Shown: positions 1 to 8,010 of the stretch, piece after piece
How the letters are laid out: each line of letters starts with the position of its first letter
How positions within the stretch are numbered: the stretch's first letter is position 1
Source of the DNA: a virus
Lineage: Duplodnaviria; Caudoviricetes
Length of the DNA stretch: 40,594 nucleotides
Strand: one strand, 5' to 3'
IMG/VR virus record: IMGVR_UViG_3300032212_000053
Span: 1-40,594 of that record
Notes under the pieces: generated by a model
What the model was told of the DNA's origin: nothing
Database searches by the model: none
The model's input: the letters and a program-made list of their open reading frames with translations, nothing else
Translations under genes and position numbers: made by a program

Positions 1-28
1 AAGGTGGTAAGTAGACGCTAACCACCCT
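1..28 (-). terminator. Terminator-like hairpin ending the structured region
   Basis: AGGGTGGT...ACCACCTT followed by TTATT across the junction. Confidence 0.5.
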
Positions 29-127
29 CTATAAGCTTAGCCAACCATAAACTATGCTTTAAAAAATATGGATTAATCAGGAGTCACTATGGCAATGTTA
101 GACCATATCCCTTGCGGGTAACACCGA
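1..127. repeat. 127 bp terminal direct repeat (identical to 40468-40594); likely assembly circularisation overlap
   Basis: aaggtggtaa...acaccga occurs at both ends; 127 equals a common assembler k-mer size. Confidence 0.95.
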
Positions 128-313
128 AGATAGAGGAAAGCAATCCCTAACTATGAGTGCAAAGACGTGGAGCCAACAGGGATTCCACCTGTCGTAATGT
201 CATTAAAAACTCCGGAAGACCTACCTAGATAGACCTTACGTAGTTTTAAACTTGGGAGATGGAAGTCAACGCACAACCATCAATTACACATCCCCATGTA
301 ACCAAGATTTAAA

Positions 314-418
314 TTACTTAGAGCGTTTCTTAGAACGTCTAAGCTTACCACCGTTAGCTTTCTGCGCAGACATTAAGTCTAGCACAATAAAGTTTGAGGG
401 TGTTTTCTTATCTGCCAA
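314..418 (-). CDS. Small basic peptide, 34 aa (MADKKTPSNFIVLDLMSAQKANGGKLRRSKKRSK), not in ORF track
   Basis: TTG start directly after the upstream TAA; open frame to TAA at 314-316. Confidence 0.5.
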   Translation of the reverse strand: MADKKTPSNFIVLDLMSAQKANGGKLRRSKKRSK

Positions 419-886
419 TTACGCAGCTTCTGGAGCTGGTAATTTATCAGATACTTTTGAGTAATCTGGAGCAGAAGTTTCAAGAGCTTTAAGAGCTTTT
501 GTACTTTTAGCGATAACATCTGGTGTAGCACCTTCAGCTGTCATGTCAGAGATGATAGCATTTTTAGATGCTTCTTTCTGGCGGTTAAAAGTTTTACGAA
601 TTGACTCAGCTTGTTTAGATAAACGCTTAAGACCGTTAATCCCTTTACCTTCAGCTTTTTCTACATAGAAGAAGTCTTCAGTTGCTGGTAAGAATTTACC
701 TGATACAGAACACATAATGTGAGTAACTTTGTCACCTTGCATTTTTGTAACTTCTGCTAAGTTAACTTTCATACCTGCTGAACGTGGTTCTAAAAGACCT
801 GTTAAAGCCTCAACTAGTTTTGCTGGAGCATTGTGCTCTTTACATAGTGCCATTGCACCTTCGAATGTTTCTTTTTTAGTTGCCAT
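419..886 (-). CDS. Hypothetical protein, 155 aa, paralogue of 8961-9404
   Basis: AAGGA SD; follows tandem promoters; codon use resembles capsid/ssb. Confidence 0.8.
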   Translation of the reverse strand: MATKKETFEGAMALCKEHNAPAKLVEALTGLLEPRSAGMKVNLAEVTKMQGDKVTHIMCSVSGKFLPATEDFFYVEKAEGKGINGLKRLSKQAESIRKTFNRQKEASKNAIISDMTAEGATPDVIAKSTKALKALETSAPDYSKVSDKLPAPEAA

Positions 887-934
887 AATTTATCCTTTGG
901 CTGATTTGATTAAACGTTTCCGTTTGTTAGTATC

Positions 935-966
935 ATTATATCGTTTTAATCTTAAACGAATATTAA
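935..966 (-). promoter_or_regulatory. Sigma70-type promoter, conserved phage motif
   Basis: Minus strand TTAATATTCGTTTAAGATTAAAACGATATAAT. Confidence 0.75.
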
Positions 967-1019
967 AAAGAAAATCTTTTAATGACTCTAACAAACGGAA
1001 AGACGCTTATTGGATTATT

Positions 1020-1051
1020 ATTATATCGCATTAATATTAAACGAATATTAA
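1020..1051 (-). promoter_or_regulatory. Tandem sigma70-type promoter
   Basis: Minus strand TTAATATTCGTTTAATATTAATGCGATATAAT. Confidence 0.75.
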
Positions 1052-1084
1052 ATTGAATAAGAAATTTTCAGCTCATAATCGCGA

Positions 1085-1162
1085 TATATGGACGATTATG
1101 ATTTATCTATATAATAATATAGATTATAAAATATAAACTCATACAGGCAAGATATGGGGCTA
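1085..1162. repeat. ~78 bp imperfect palindromic element, copy 1 (copy 2 at 34712-34790)
   Basis: Shared TATATGGAC...ATAATATAG...CTCATA...AAGATATGGGxCTA. Confidence 0.7.
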
Positions 1163-1369
1163 AAATCTAATAATATCTGTATCTATATTATCTAAATTTT
1201 GTTTGATATTTTCTTCATGTTTAAGCTGACGTTCTTGCGCAAACCTAACGCGCTCTTGATACATCTTATACGCTTCTGAAGGTTCTTGTGATGGCGTCGG
1301 CATAGCTAATACTTTGGGAACCTCCATAGGTGATAGAAACCAGTAGTCACACAATTCTTGAGTAGTCAT
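1160..1369 (-). CDS. Hypothetical protein, 69 aa
   Basis: TAATG coupling to the helicase stop. Confidence 0.65.
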   Translation of the reverse strand: MTTQELCDYWFLSPMEVPKVLAMPTPSQEPSEAYKMYQERVRFAQERQLKHEENIKQNLDNIDTDIIRF

Positions 1370-2712
1370 TAGTTACTCATAAAGATGGAGTGAGTGCTTC
1401 GGCTCATACCAACATATAATAGTTTCATGCGCTCAAGCTTATCCTGACAGATAGCTAAGTCTTTAGAATCAACATAACTATGTTTCACTTCAGAACCTTG
1501 TGCTTTATGTATTGTCATACAGTGTCGAAAGTCTATGTTACATACAAAGTCATTGATAGCTTTATATTCTCTATACTCCGCTTTGCTTGACTTGTTATTT
1601 TTATTATTGTTTACAAGCTTCTTACCTAAGTTATCGCGAATGATTTTATTCTGATAGCTTCCAAAGATACCTGCTACTTTTGTACCATCACTTAGGTGAT
1701 AGAACTTAACATAGTCTAGAGTGTTCAAGAACTGCAGTGGTTTGTATTTACTAGCCATCGTAATTACACCATTAGCTGTGAGTATTTCATCGAACACTTC
1801 TGCTTTGTCAGTAATGTGGCTGATTTCAACTACTCTTCTTAATGTTGGGATATATACCTCATCACCATCTTTAGGAATAGCATAACCTTGAATCCTCTTG
1901 TTATGATTCTCCACAGCTTTATTAGTATACGCATACATTTGCTTCTCTTCTTCATCTTCCATGTAAAGCTTATCAATATCAACACCCCTCACAAAGTTCT
2001 CTGTAGGTTTAAGATATGCCATAGGTCTTGTACCTTCTATCATTTCAACCAACTCAGCTAATGGTTCAGAGATAGTTGTAGTAGAGCGATGAATCTCTGT
2101 TAGTTTTGTCCAATACTTCCCACCAGGTACAGGAGCTGTTGGACCTTTGATAGGACTCAGCTGATTGAGGTCACCAACGTATAACACTTTGATAGGTGGA
2201 ATGTTCTTGGTAACAGCTTCAGTTAATGGTGTATCACAGCTCTCACAGTACAAGATATCTTCTGACACTTCTCTACCACAAGGACACAATACCTGCTCAA
2301 GCAATAGCTCATCTTGTAATTCTCCAATGCTCATGTAATCATCATCACCAACGAAACTAAACTCATCAACTATTAGTAGTTGTAAATGCTCAGGTTTACC
2401 TTGCTGACGATTAGTCATAAGTGCTTGAATAGATTTAGCTTTCTCATTAAGACCAGGACGTTTCTTCAGCCAACTATGTAATGTTCTGACTGGTGTTGTC
2501 TTCGGCATCTTGCTTTGGATAATCTCCTTAGCTTGATGAGTGTAAGCAACCATTAGATAATTAACCTTAGTTTCTTCTAACCAGTCAACAACAGCTCTTA
2601 ATTCTGTAGTCTTACCAGAACCTGCTGGGCCTGTTAAATAGCTTTCAAGTTCTACATCTTGAGCCATGAAGTCTTGTACAGTTGATAATACTTTAGGATT
2701 TAGCTCAGCCAT
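1369..2712 (-). CDS. Dda/RecD-like SF1B DNA helicase with Cys4 insertion
   Basis: Walker A GPAGSGKT, TLHS, Walker B LIVDE, VGDxxQL, TIHKAQG, YVGMSR. Confidence 0.9.
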   Translation of the reverse strand: MAELNPKVLSTVQDFMAQDVELESYLTGPAGSGKTTELRAVVDWLEETKVNYLMVAYTHQAKEIIQSKMPKTTPVRTLHSWLKKRPGLNEKAKSIQALMTNRQQGKPEHLQLLIVDEFSFVGDDDYMSIGELQDELLLEQVLCPCGREVSEDILYCESCDTPLTEAVTKNIPPIKVLYVGDLNQLSPIKGPTAPVPGGKYWTKLTEIHRSTTTISEPLAELVEMIEGTRPMAYLKPTENFVRGVDIDKLYMEDEEEKQMYAYTNKAVENHNKRIQGYAIPKDGDEVYIPTLRRVVEISHITDKAEVFDEILTANGVITMASKYKPLQFLNTLDYVKFYHLSDGTKVAGIFGSYQNKIIRDNLGKKLVNNNKNNKSSKAEYREYKAINDFVCNIDFRHCMTIHKAQGSEVKHSYVDSKDLAICQDKLERMKLLYVGMSRSTHSIFMSN

Positions 2713-2831
2713 GAGAAAAACTCCTTAATTTCTTTTTGCCATATCATTAATGGCCAACCTACCCAGAATGTGATAAATGCTATCCACTCTAGCAGTTCTT
2801 TTGCGTCTTCTTCTAGTTTAAATTTGAACAT
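2700..2831 (-). CDS. Small hydrophobic protein, 43 aa (MFKFKLEED...), not in ORF track
   Basis: AAGGAG SD; central hydrophobic stretch. Confidence 0.55.
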   Translation of the reverse strand: MFKFKLEEDAKELLEWIAFITFWVGWPLMIWQKEIKEFFSWLS

Positions 2832-2869
2832 AATATCTCCTTTATTTGCACTCCACTGAGTACATAATT

Positions 2870-2900
2870 AAAGAGACACCGACGCTAAAGCGCCGATACC
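2870..2900 (-). terminator. Intrinsic terminator
   Basis: GGTATCGGCGC-TTTA-GCGTCGGTGTC then TCTTT, directly after a stop codon. Confidence 0.65.
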
Positions 2901-3274
2901 TACTTCTTATTCTTTCGAGCTGCTTGACGTTTTGCTATATCTTTCTTATAAGCATTACGTTGTGCATCATTCTTGAATTTACTATGTTTGTAGTAATATT
3001 CTGTTGCCTCTTGAAGAGTCTTATCAACCTTCTTAGGTTTTGTTTTATTCTTATCAGCTGTTGGTGCGATACCTGCTGAACGACCTGGAGCCCTTGAAGC
3101 TATAATGTTAGCACTTCTAGCTTTACTTAGATTTTTACCATATTTTGCCATATGTATTTCCTTCTTAGGTTTTGTGTGTATTCCTTGATACGTCAAGGTG
3201 AGTACAACACTCGCTATGAATAATGAAATGCTTGTAACTACAGCAACTATTAGTGCTTCTTTTTGATTTAACAT
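2900..3274 (-). CDS. Basic protein with N-terminal TM helix; possible internal start at 3151
   Basis: Hydrophobic N-terminus; GAAGGA SD before MAKYGK; Lys-rich remainder. Confidence 0.65.
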   Translation of the reverse strand: MLNQKEALIVAVVTSISLFIASVVLTLTYQGIHTKPKKEIHMAKYGKNLSKARSANIIASRAPGRSAGIAPTADKNKTKPKKVDKTLQEATEYYYKHSKFKNDAQRNAYKKDIAKRQAARKNKK

Positions 3275-3675
3275 TATATCTCCTTTATAGCTTTAGCTAA
3301 ACTCCTTGCAACTGTGCTACTATCCCAAGTAACTCCACTAGGTCCATTAGCTCTACTTAGTGCTTCTAGATATTTACTATTAATCTTGTACGGTTCAAAC
3401 CACTCAGGATTCTGCATAATAAACAATCTAACTACATTTACTGTTGAGACTTCTATCTCTTCTGGAAAGTCTTCCCAAGAATCTAATATTGCCTGGTCTA
3501 ACTTAAACTTAACCATAAGCATGTCAACATTCTTAGACCGACTTTCTTTTAGCAGAGGGTCTCTTATAGCTTTATGCAACTTAGCTAATGGTTTCTTAGC
3601 TACTTTATACTCAGGCCCAAGAGAGATGAGCCAAGACCTAACAAATAGGCCTGCTAGTAGTTGATGTTCGGTCAT
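3274..3675 (-). CDS. Hypothetical protein, 133 aa
   Basis: Coupled ORF in the minus-strand operon. Confidence 0.7.
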   Translation of the reverse strand: MTEHQLLAGLFVRSWLISLGPEYKVAKKPLAKLHKAIRDPLLKESRSKNVDMLMVKFKLDQAILDSWEDFPEEIEVSTVNVVRLFIMQNPEWFEPYKINSKYLEALSRANGPSGVTWDSSTVARSLAKAIKEI

Positions 3676-3768
3676 TTGTTTTCACCCCACTTTCTTGGAA
3701 AGAATTTTTTATAAATTATATAACCCGCTTCTATACATAATAATATCATAAATAAGATTAAAATAATA

Positions 3769-3942
3769 TTAGTCATTTACAGTTACCTCCAAGTCATCTC
3801 TTTCAAATCTCTGGCCATTGTTAAAGCTTGCTAGAGCAAACTCTATGAATAACTTCTTTACCCTATCAGGAGCCTTAAGCTTTGCAGCCTCAGCTTCCAA
3901 AAATAGCACGTAGTGGTGGTAAGTATCTATCTTTACTTTCAT
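3769..3942 (-). CDS. Hypothetical protein, 57 aa (MKVKIDTYHH...), not in ORF track
   Basis: TAATG coupling to the primase-helicase stop. Confidence 0.55.
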   Translation of the reverse strand: MKVKIDTYHHYVLFLEAEAAKLKAPDRVKKLFIEFALASFNNGQRFERDDLEVTVND

Positions 3943-6332
3943 TAGTCAATGTCCTCAATCTCTTGTATGTCATGTTTATTCATATACTTAGCAATATCTT
4001 CAGGTACTTCAGTTATCGCCCACTCAGTCTTTCTACTTCCAGTTTTAATCGATGTACCAGGAGAGTATTCAACACCTCCATAAGTAACATGCCTAATGAG
4101 CTGGAGCTTCTTCTTGAGTATCTTAATTTCCATATGTGAATGGTCAAATAAGCCTTCAGTCTCTGCCGCATCTGGTCTACTGTTAAGAATTCTAATAATC
4201 GTCTTACCAAGTCTCGGCTGATAATAGATACAACTAGCTATTGATTCTGCCGTGAACCCGCTCTCAATCAGTATTTGACAGAATAGAGAGAAGTCATTTG
4301 TATCTACAGCTTTGATTAGCTTATCTTCAGATGTCAATGCTTGCTCTTGGAAGAGTTTATAGTTCTCATCTTTCCATGAATGGTTTGTTACATATGCATC
4401 ACCTTTTAGTGAGTCCACTTCTGTGCTAAGGTAGAAAGCGAAGTCTTTCGTCTCTGCTGTAATTCTTTTCTGAATCTCAACGTTTGAGAGTCCCAAGGCT
4501 TCAGCCACAGTTGAGAGGCTTCTAAACACAACCATTCTTCTGTCTGCCGCCTCTGTAGTGAGCTGGGTAGTTTCATTAGTGGTAAGAAAGAATGTGATTT
4601 CTTGGGCATAGATTTCATTGTCCAGACTTGAGTGCATTGCTCTAACTCCGTTGATGGTTTGGTTTCCAGTAATCTCATTAATAGCCTTTATCATTTTAAT
4701 TCTATCTGCTGTAACAAGGTGATGAACCTCATCTAATAGCACCACGTCTGTATTCACTTGCCAATCATTGTACTTATCTGTTAAGACATCGATCGACACC
4801 TTGCTGTTTCTCTTATGCGTTAGTGGAGCAAGTACACCATTAACTATAGCTGATTTAAAACTATGAGGTACACCAAACAAAACAAAGAATAACGGTGAAT
4901 GGTCTCTAGTCATTAGCTTACGTCTTAGGAATGGTAGGAAATGTGTATAGAGCATTGGACCTACTGAAGACTCTAGTGCTGCAAGCGTCGTCGCCGGATA
5001 CGTATAATCTTGAGCATAATCATGTGGCTGATAAAACACTGCTTGCTCTGGTGTCCACTCATAAAGATTGAACGCTGACTCACCTTTAACTCTTTCATAG
5101 CTGTCGATGTATCCAAACTGTGCATCGGGTCTATCAACTAAGTTAATGTCTTTAATCTTACTTATTAAACTATCTTTAGCTATTCTAAGTGGAGCGACAG
5201 ATTTGATAAAGTCGATAACTGCCGAAGCTGTCTTATACATCTTAATACTTCCGGAGATGTGGTTGTGAACGAGGTAATTGTTAGCCCCTGCTGACGCATA
5301 TTGGAACACTTCAACTGTCTCATGCTTGTGATTTTGGAAGATGAACGAGCTCTTATTCCAGTCTTCATTATATTGCCATACTTGGGTTCCTTCAATTTGA
5401 GAACTGCCTGATAATATGTAATCACAGATGGCTTGTACTTCCTTTCTTGGCTTCGGAGAGCTAAAGAGACTGTTGATGTAATGGATTGCTTTTGTGAATA
5501 AGTCTTCATTGACTGATATATCCCTTCCTAAGATAGTTGCGATAGATACTAGGTATGCTTGTGCTGCTTCCGGCTCTGGTAAGTTGTTTGGGTGATATGC
5601 GAAGTCTTCAACCTGATTACCTTCCAATAATGCTTTATAGTGTTTAGTTGTTACGATAATCATTAACTTCTCAAACATCTCTGTCATCTTGCCGTTGTTT
5701 GCTCCTGCGATGCTGTTGATTGCACTTTCAACTATGTAACCTATTTTGCTATTCATTAATAATATAGGTGATGATTCAGTTTTAGTAATTACCTTAGTTG
5801 TGTTCATCATATAATAGTTCATTAAGAATAGTTGCATCATCATAGGCATTGGTGTAAGCTCTGGTGCATGACTCAACATCACTTTGGTTGTGTTCGCAGG
5901 TGTAGTTAATAGTACCAATGTCTCACCCATCAACACATCTAATGAAGCTAACTTCTTACCGTTCGGATTGTTGATGTACTCTGTAAGCTTATTACCTTCT
6001 GGTAAGCTATATATCATATGACCACCTGGTTTACCAACTGCCATAGTTATGTGTTTACATTGGTCTTCTTCAGAACATGCTGCATCAATATCCATTGCTT
6101 CAGTGAATAGGTCATTGTCGAAGTCTACTGCTATGATACCACTCTTACCTGTATGTGCGAGATAAGTGTTCTTGTTGTCTTGGAGTAGGTCTTTGAACTC
6201 TCGCTCTTTCACAGTCCACTTCCCAAGTCTGAACGGTTCTAGTGTGCCATCTTCCGACTTTAGAAACTTCTTTAAGGTTGTTTCATCACGTACTGTTATT
6301 TTGTTTTTAATTTCTATTACACTAAGCTTCAT
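3942..6332 (-). CDS. Prim-Pol (AEP) primase fused to an SF3/D5-like helicase; start corrected to 6332 (MKLSV)
   Basis: GIIAVDFD and GGHMIY primase motifs; GVPHSFKS P-loop, VLLDE, FLTTN, DRR; GGAGGG SD at 6332. Confidence 0.85.
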   Translation of the reverse strand: MKLSVIEIKNKITVRDETTLKKFLKSEDGTLEPFRLGKWTVKEREFKDLLQDNKNTYLAHTGKSGIIAVDFDNDLFTEAMDIDAACSEEDQCKHITMAVGKPGGHMIYSLPEGNKLTEYINNPNGKKLASLDVLMGETLVLLTTPANTTKVMLSHAPELTPMPMMMQLFLMNYYMMNTTKVITKTESSPILLMNSKIGYIVESAINSIAGANNGKMTEMFEKLMIIVTTKHYKALLEGNQVEDFAYHPNNLPEPEAAQAYLVSIATILGRDISVNEDLFTKAIHYINSLFSSPKPRKEVQAICDYILSGSSQIEGTQVWQYNEDWNKSSFIFQNHKHETVEVFQYASAGANNYLVHNHISGSIKMYKTASAVIDFIKSVAPLRIAKDSLISKIKDINLVDRPDAQFGYIDSYERVKGESAFNLYEWTPEQAVFYQPHDYAQDYTYPATTLAALESSVGPMLYTHFLPFLRRKLMTRDHSPLFFVLFGVPHSFKSAIVNGVLAPLTHKRNSKVSIDVLTDKYNDWQVNTDVVLLDEVHHLVTADRIKMIKAINEITGNQTINGVRAMHSSLDNEIYAQEITFFLTTNETTQLTTEAADRRMVVFRSLSTVAEALGLSNVEIQKRITAETKDFAFYLSTEVDSLKGDAYVTNHSWKDENYKLFQEQALTSEDKLIKAVDTNDFSLFCQILIESGFTAESIASCIYYQPRLGKTIIRILNSRPDAAETEGLFDHSHMEIKILKKKLQLIRHVTYGGVEYSPGTSIKTGSRKTEWAITEVPEDIAKYMNKHDIQEIEDID

Positions 6333-6553
6333 ATTAGCCCTCCAACGTATTGTACTATTACCATTATAGCATATCCTGCACCAAAGAAAGCAGCAGCTGT
6401 CCATACAAATGGCCACATGATTCCAGCAAGTAATGCTAGTGTTCCAGAGTTTGGTCGCTCTGTGTAGCATGTTGTAAGATATACTTTAACTACTATTACA
6501 GTTAGGATAGCTAGTGCTACGTACCATAACTTTTCTTTTGTTGTGCTATTCAT
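6329..6553 (-). CDS. Small two-TM membrane protein
   Basis: Two hydrophobic segments; AAGGAG SD. Confidence 0.7.
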   Translation of the reverse strand: MNSTTKEKLWYVALAILTVIVVKVYLTTCYTERPNSGTLALLAGIMWPFVWTAAAFFGAGYAIMVIVQYVGGLI

Positions 6554-6565
6554 TGTTTAGCTCCT

Positions 6566-6886
6566 TTACCATGCACTTGGGCCGAAGTCTAGTACTTCTT
6601 GAACTGTTGGCATTCTATTATAATCCCACCATTCTGAGCCATCATACTCACCTCTTGTTAACCATGACCCATCATTAAACAAAACTGTCCCGAATAGCTC
6701 TTGACCACCATAACCTTCGTCGTAGTCAAAGTCTAGTATATCTAAGCTATCTAGTTTATCAGATGTTTTAAGTATCTCTCGCTTATCTGAGGCATACCCG
6801 AATAAAACAATAATAGCTTTGATATCTTCTATTGTTTTATTTACTTCTTTTAGTTCTTCTTCTAACTCTTCTTTTGCATTTGTCAT
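6566..6886 (-). CDS. Hypothetical acidic phage protein, 106 aa
   Basis: YDxGYGGQELFGTV and RGEYDGSEWW resemble a widespread uncharacterised phage family. Confidence 0.8.
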   Translation of the reverse strand: MTNAKEELEEELKEVNKTIEDIKAIIVLFGYASDKREILKTSDKLDSLDILDFDYDEGYGGQELFGTVLFNDGSWLTRGEYDGSEWWDYNRMPTVQEVLDFGPSAW

Positions 6887-7290
6887 TATCTCTTACCTCC
6901 GATAAATAGTGGAACACCGTTGATGATAGTATAGTTATCTTCAATGTTGCTCATGAATGTTGTGTCGCCTTGTGCGTAAGCTAATAGTTCTGGTGCCTCA
7001 TTCCATAATGTGTCGTAGGCTCTACCGCGCAGTTCCTTAGCTGATAAACAGTCTGGGTCATACGCTGTGATAATTAGCATTTGTTTGTTGTTGCTCATGA
7101 ATGTTGGTGATACGCGTAGCAACACTGCTAAACTCGAGGCTTTGAGGATGTCACTCTTAACGAGTCTACCAGTCTCTCTACCCATGTAGTATAACATTGC
7201 TCTATGTACCTTATTCTCTGGCATCTCTATCTCACCGTCGTAGATAGCTTCTAAATAGTCATATAACATTACTTGTCTCCGATTAGCCAC
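6886..7290 (-). CDS. Hypothetical protein, 134 aa
   Basis: Coupled ORF. Confidence 0.7.
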   Translation of the reverse strand: MANRRQVMLYDYLEAIYDGEIEMPENKVHRAMLYYMGRETGRLVKSDILKASSLAVLLRVSPTFMSNNKQMLIITAYDPDCLSAKELRGRAYDTLWNEAPELLAYAQGDTTFMSNIEDNYTIINGVPLFIGGKR

Positions 7291-7460
7291 TGGAACTTAC
7301 CAGTTGTATTGTCGAACTCTGCACACTTAGCTTCGATCGCTCTCGTCTGTGCTAGCTTCAGTAGATTCTTGTTTTCGTTGATTAGTATTAGACCTAATAG
7401 TACTGCTCCAGCCATGAAACCTAATATAAATACAATCCACGCTTCTGTGTTACTTCGCAT
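7269..7460 (-). CDS. Small membrane-anchored protein
   Basis: AAGGAG SD; N-terminal TM helix. Confidence 0.65.
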   Translation of the reverse strand: MRSNTEAWIVFILGFMAGAVLLGLILINENKNLLKLAQTRAIEAKCAEFDNTTGKFQWLIGDK

Positions 7461-7620
7461 ATTGTCTCCTTTGAACTATTGAAAATGTTAAGCCTTGTGG
7501 TGATACTTTTCTAGCTACCATCACATTACCGTAGTTTAGCGAGAGTTGAGCTGCCTTCTGAACAGCTATTGCCTCTCTCGCTTGTTGCTTCTGTATTAGT
7601 ATTGTGTTGAAGTCTTTCAT
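7450..7620 (-). CDS. Hypothetical protein, 56 aa (MKDFNTILIQ...), not in ORF track
   Basis: GGAGGG SD; fills an operon gap. Confidence 0.5.
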   Translation of the reverse strand: MKDFNTILIQKQQAREAIAVQKAAQLSLNYGNVMVARKVSPQGLTFSIVQRRQYAK

Positions 7621-7621
7621 C

Positions 7622-7786
7622 TTACTGCCCTCCTAGTAAGCACTGTTGTGCTGTTTCTAACGTGCTGATTAAGCCGTCGTAGTATTCTTCAGGCCCTAAC
7701 AACTCAGCAAAAGCTATTACTGTGTCGATGTGTACGTTGTATTCCTCAGATAGTTCTTCGAGGTAGTTGATTTCGTCGTTACACAT
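7622..7786 (-). CDS. Acidic protein, 54 aa (MCNDEINYLEELSEEY...), not in ORF track
   Basis: GAGG SD; open frame in operon. Confidence 0.6.
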   Translation of the reverse strand: MCNDEINYLEELSEEYNVHIDTVIAFAELLGPEEYYDGLISTLETAQQCLLGGQ

Positions 7787-7907
7787 GGCTTAGATACCTC
7801 TTGACTATCTCGTCAATTCGTTTATCTCTGTTGCTTCTCTTGGTACCGAATACAACTCCTGTGGTCTTGCTTGCGATTAGTTTGTTTGCTCTTGCTAGTT
7901 TGTGCAT
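7779..7907 (-). CDS. Basic protein, 42 aa (MHKLARANK...), not in ORF track
   Basis: AAGGAG SD; first ORF after the promoter at 7934-7965. Confidence 0.6.
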   Translation of the reverse strand: MHKLARANKLIASKTTGVVFGTKRSNRDKRIDEIVKRYLSHV

Positions 7908-7933
7908 TGTGTCTCCTTGTGATTAGATTTGTT

Positions 7934-7965
7934 ATTATATCATATTTATTTTTAAAATAATATAA
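7934..7965 (-). promoter_or_regulatory. Promoter for the primase-helicase operon
   Basis: Minus strand TTATATTATTTTAAAAATAAATATGATATAAT. Confidence 0.6.
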
Positions 7966-8010
7966 AATATAATTTAAATTATTATTTCATTTTTCAAAAT
8001 AATATTTTTA

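Larger units (their letters stand above)
1..313 (-). ncRNA. Candidate structured ncRNA or long ssb leader (continues across the junction into 40467-40387)
   Basis: No convincing ORF; consecutive stems with G-U pairs on the minus strand at 313-245, 249-203, 193-175, 160-121, 118-109 (GCAA loop) and 28-1. Confidence 0.6.

Noticed and set aside
1-170. Twister (TAACATTGCC), T-box (AGGGTGGT) or RNase P (GAGGAAAG) fragments
   Set aside because: Only single short words match; the other conserved elements are missing
168-295. tRNA or tmRNA: GGGGATG/CATCTCC Ala-like acceptor stem and a T-arm-like hairpin followed by GGCTCCA
   Set aside because: The pieces do not form one cloverleaf; no anticodon arm, tag ORF or TTC T-loop
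3740-3772. Additional copy of the promoter motif
   Set aside because: The -10 reads TATTAT and it overlaps a plausible small hydrophobic ORF; ambiguous
6333-6470. 46-aa N-terminal extension of the primase-helicase in the ORF track
   Set aside because: Overlaps the 6329-6553 gene; a better SD and start exist at 6332
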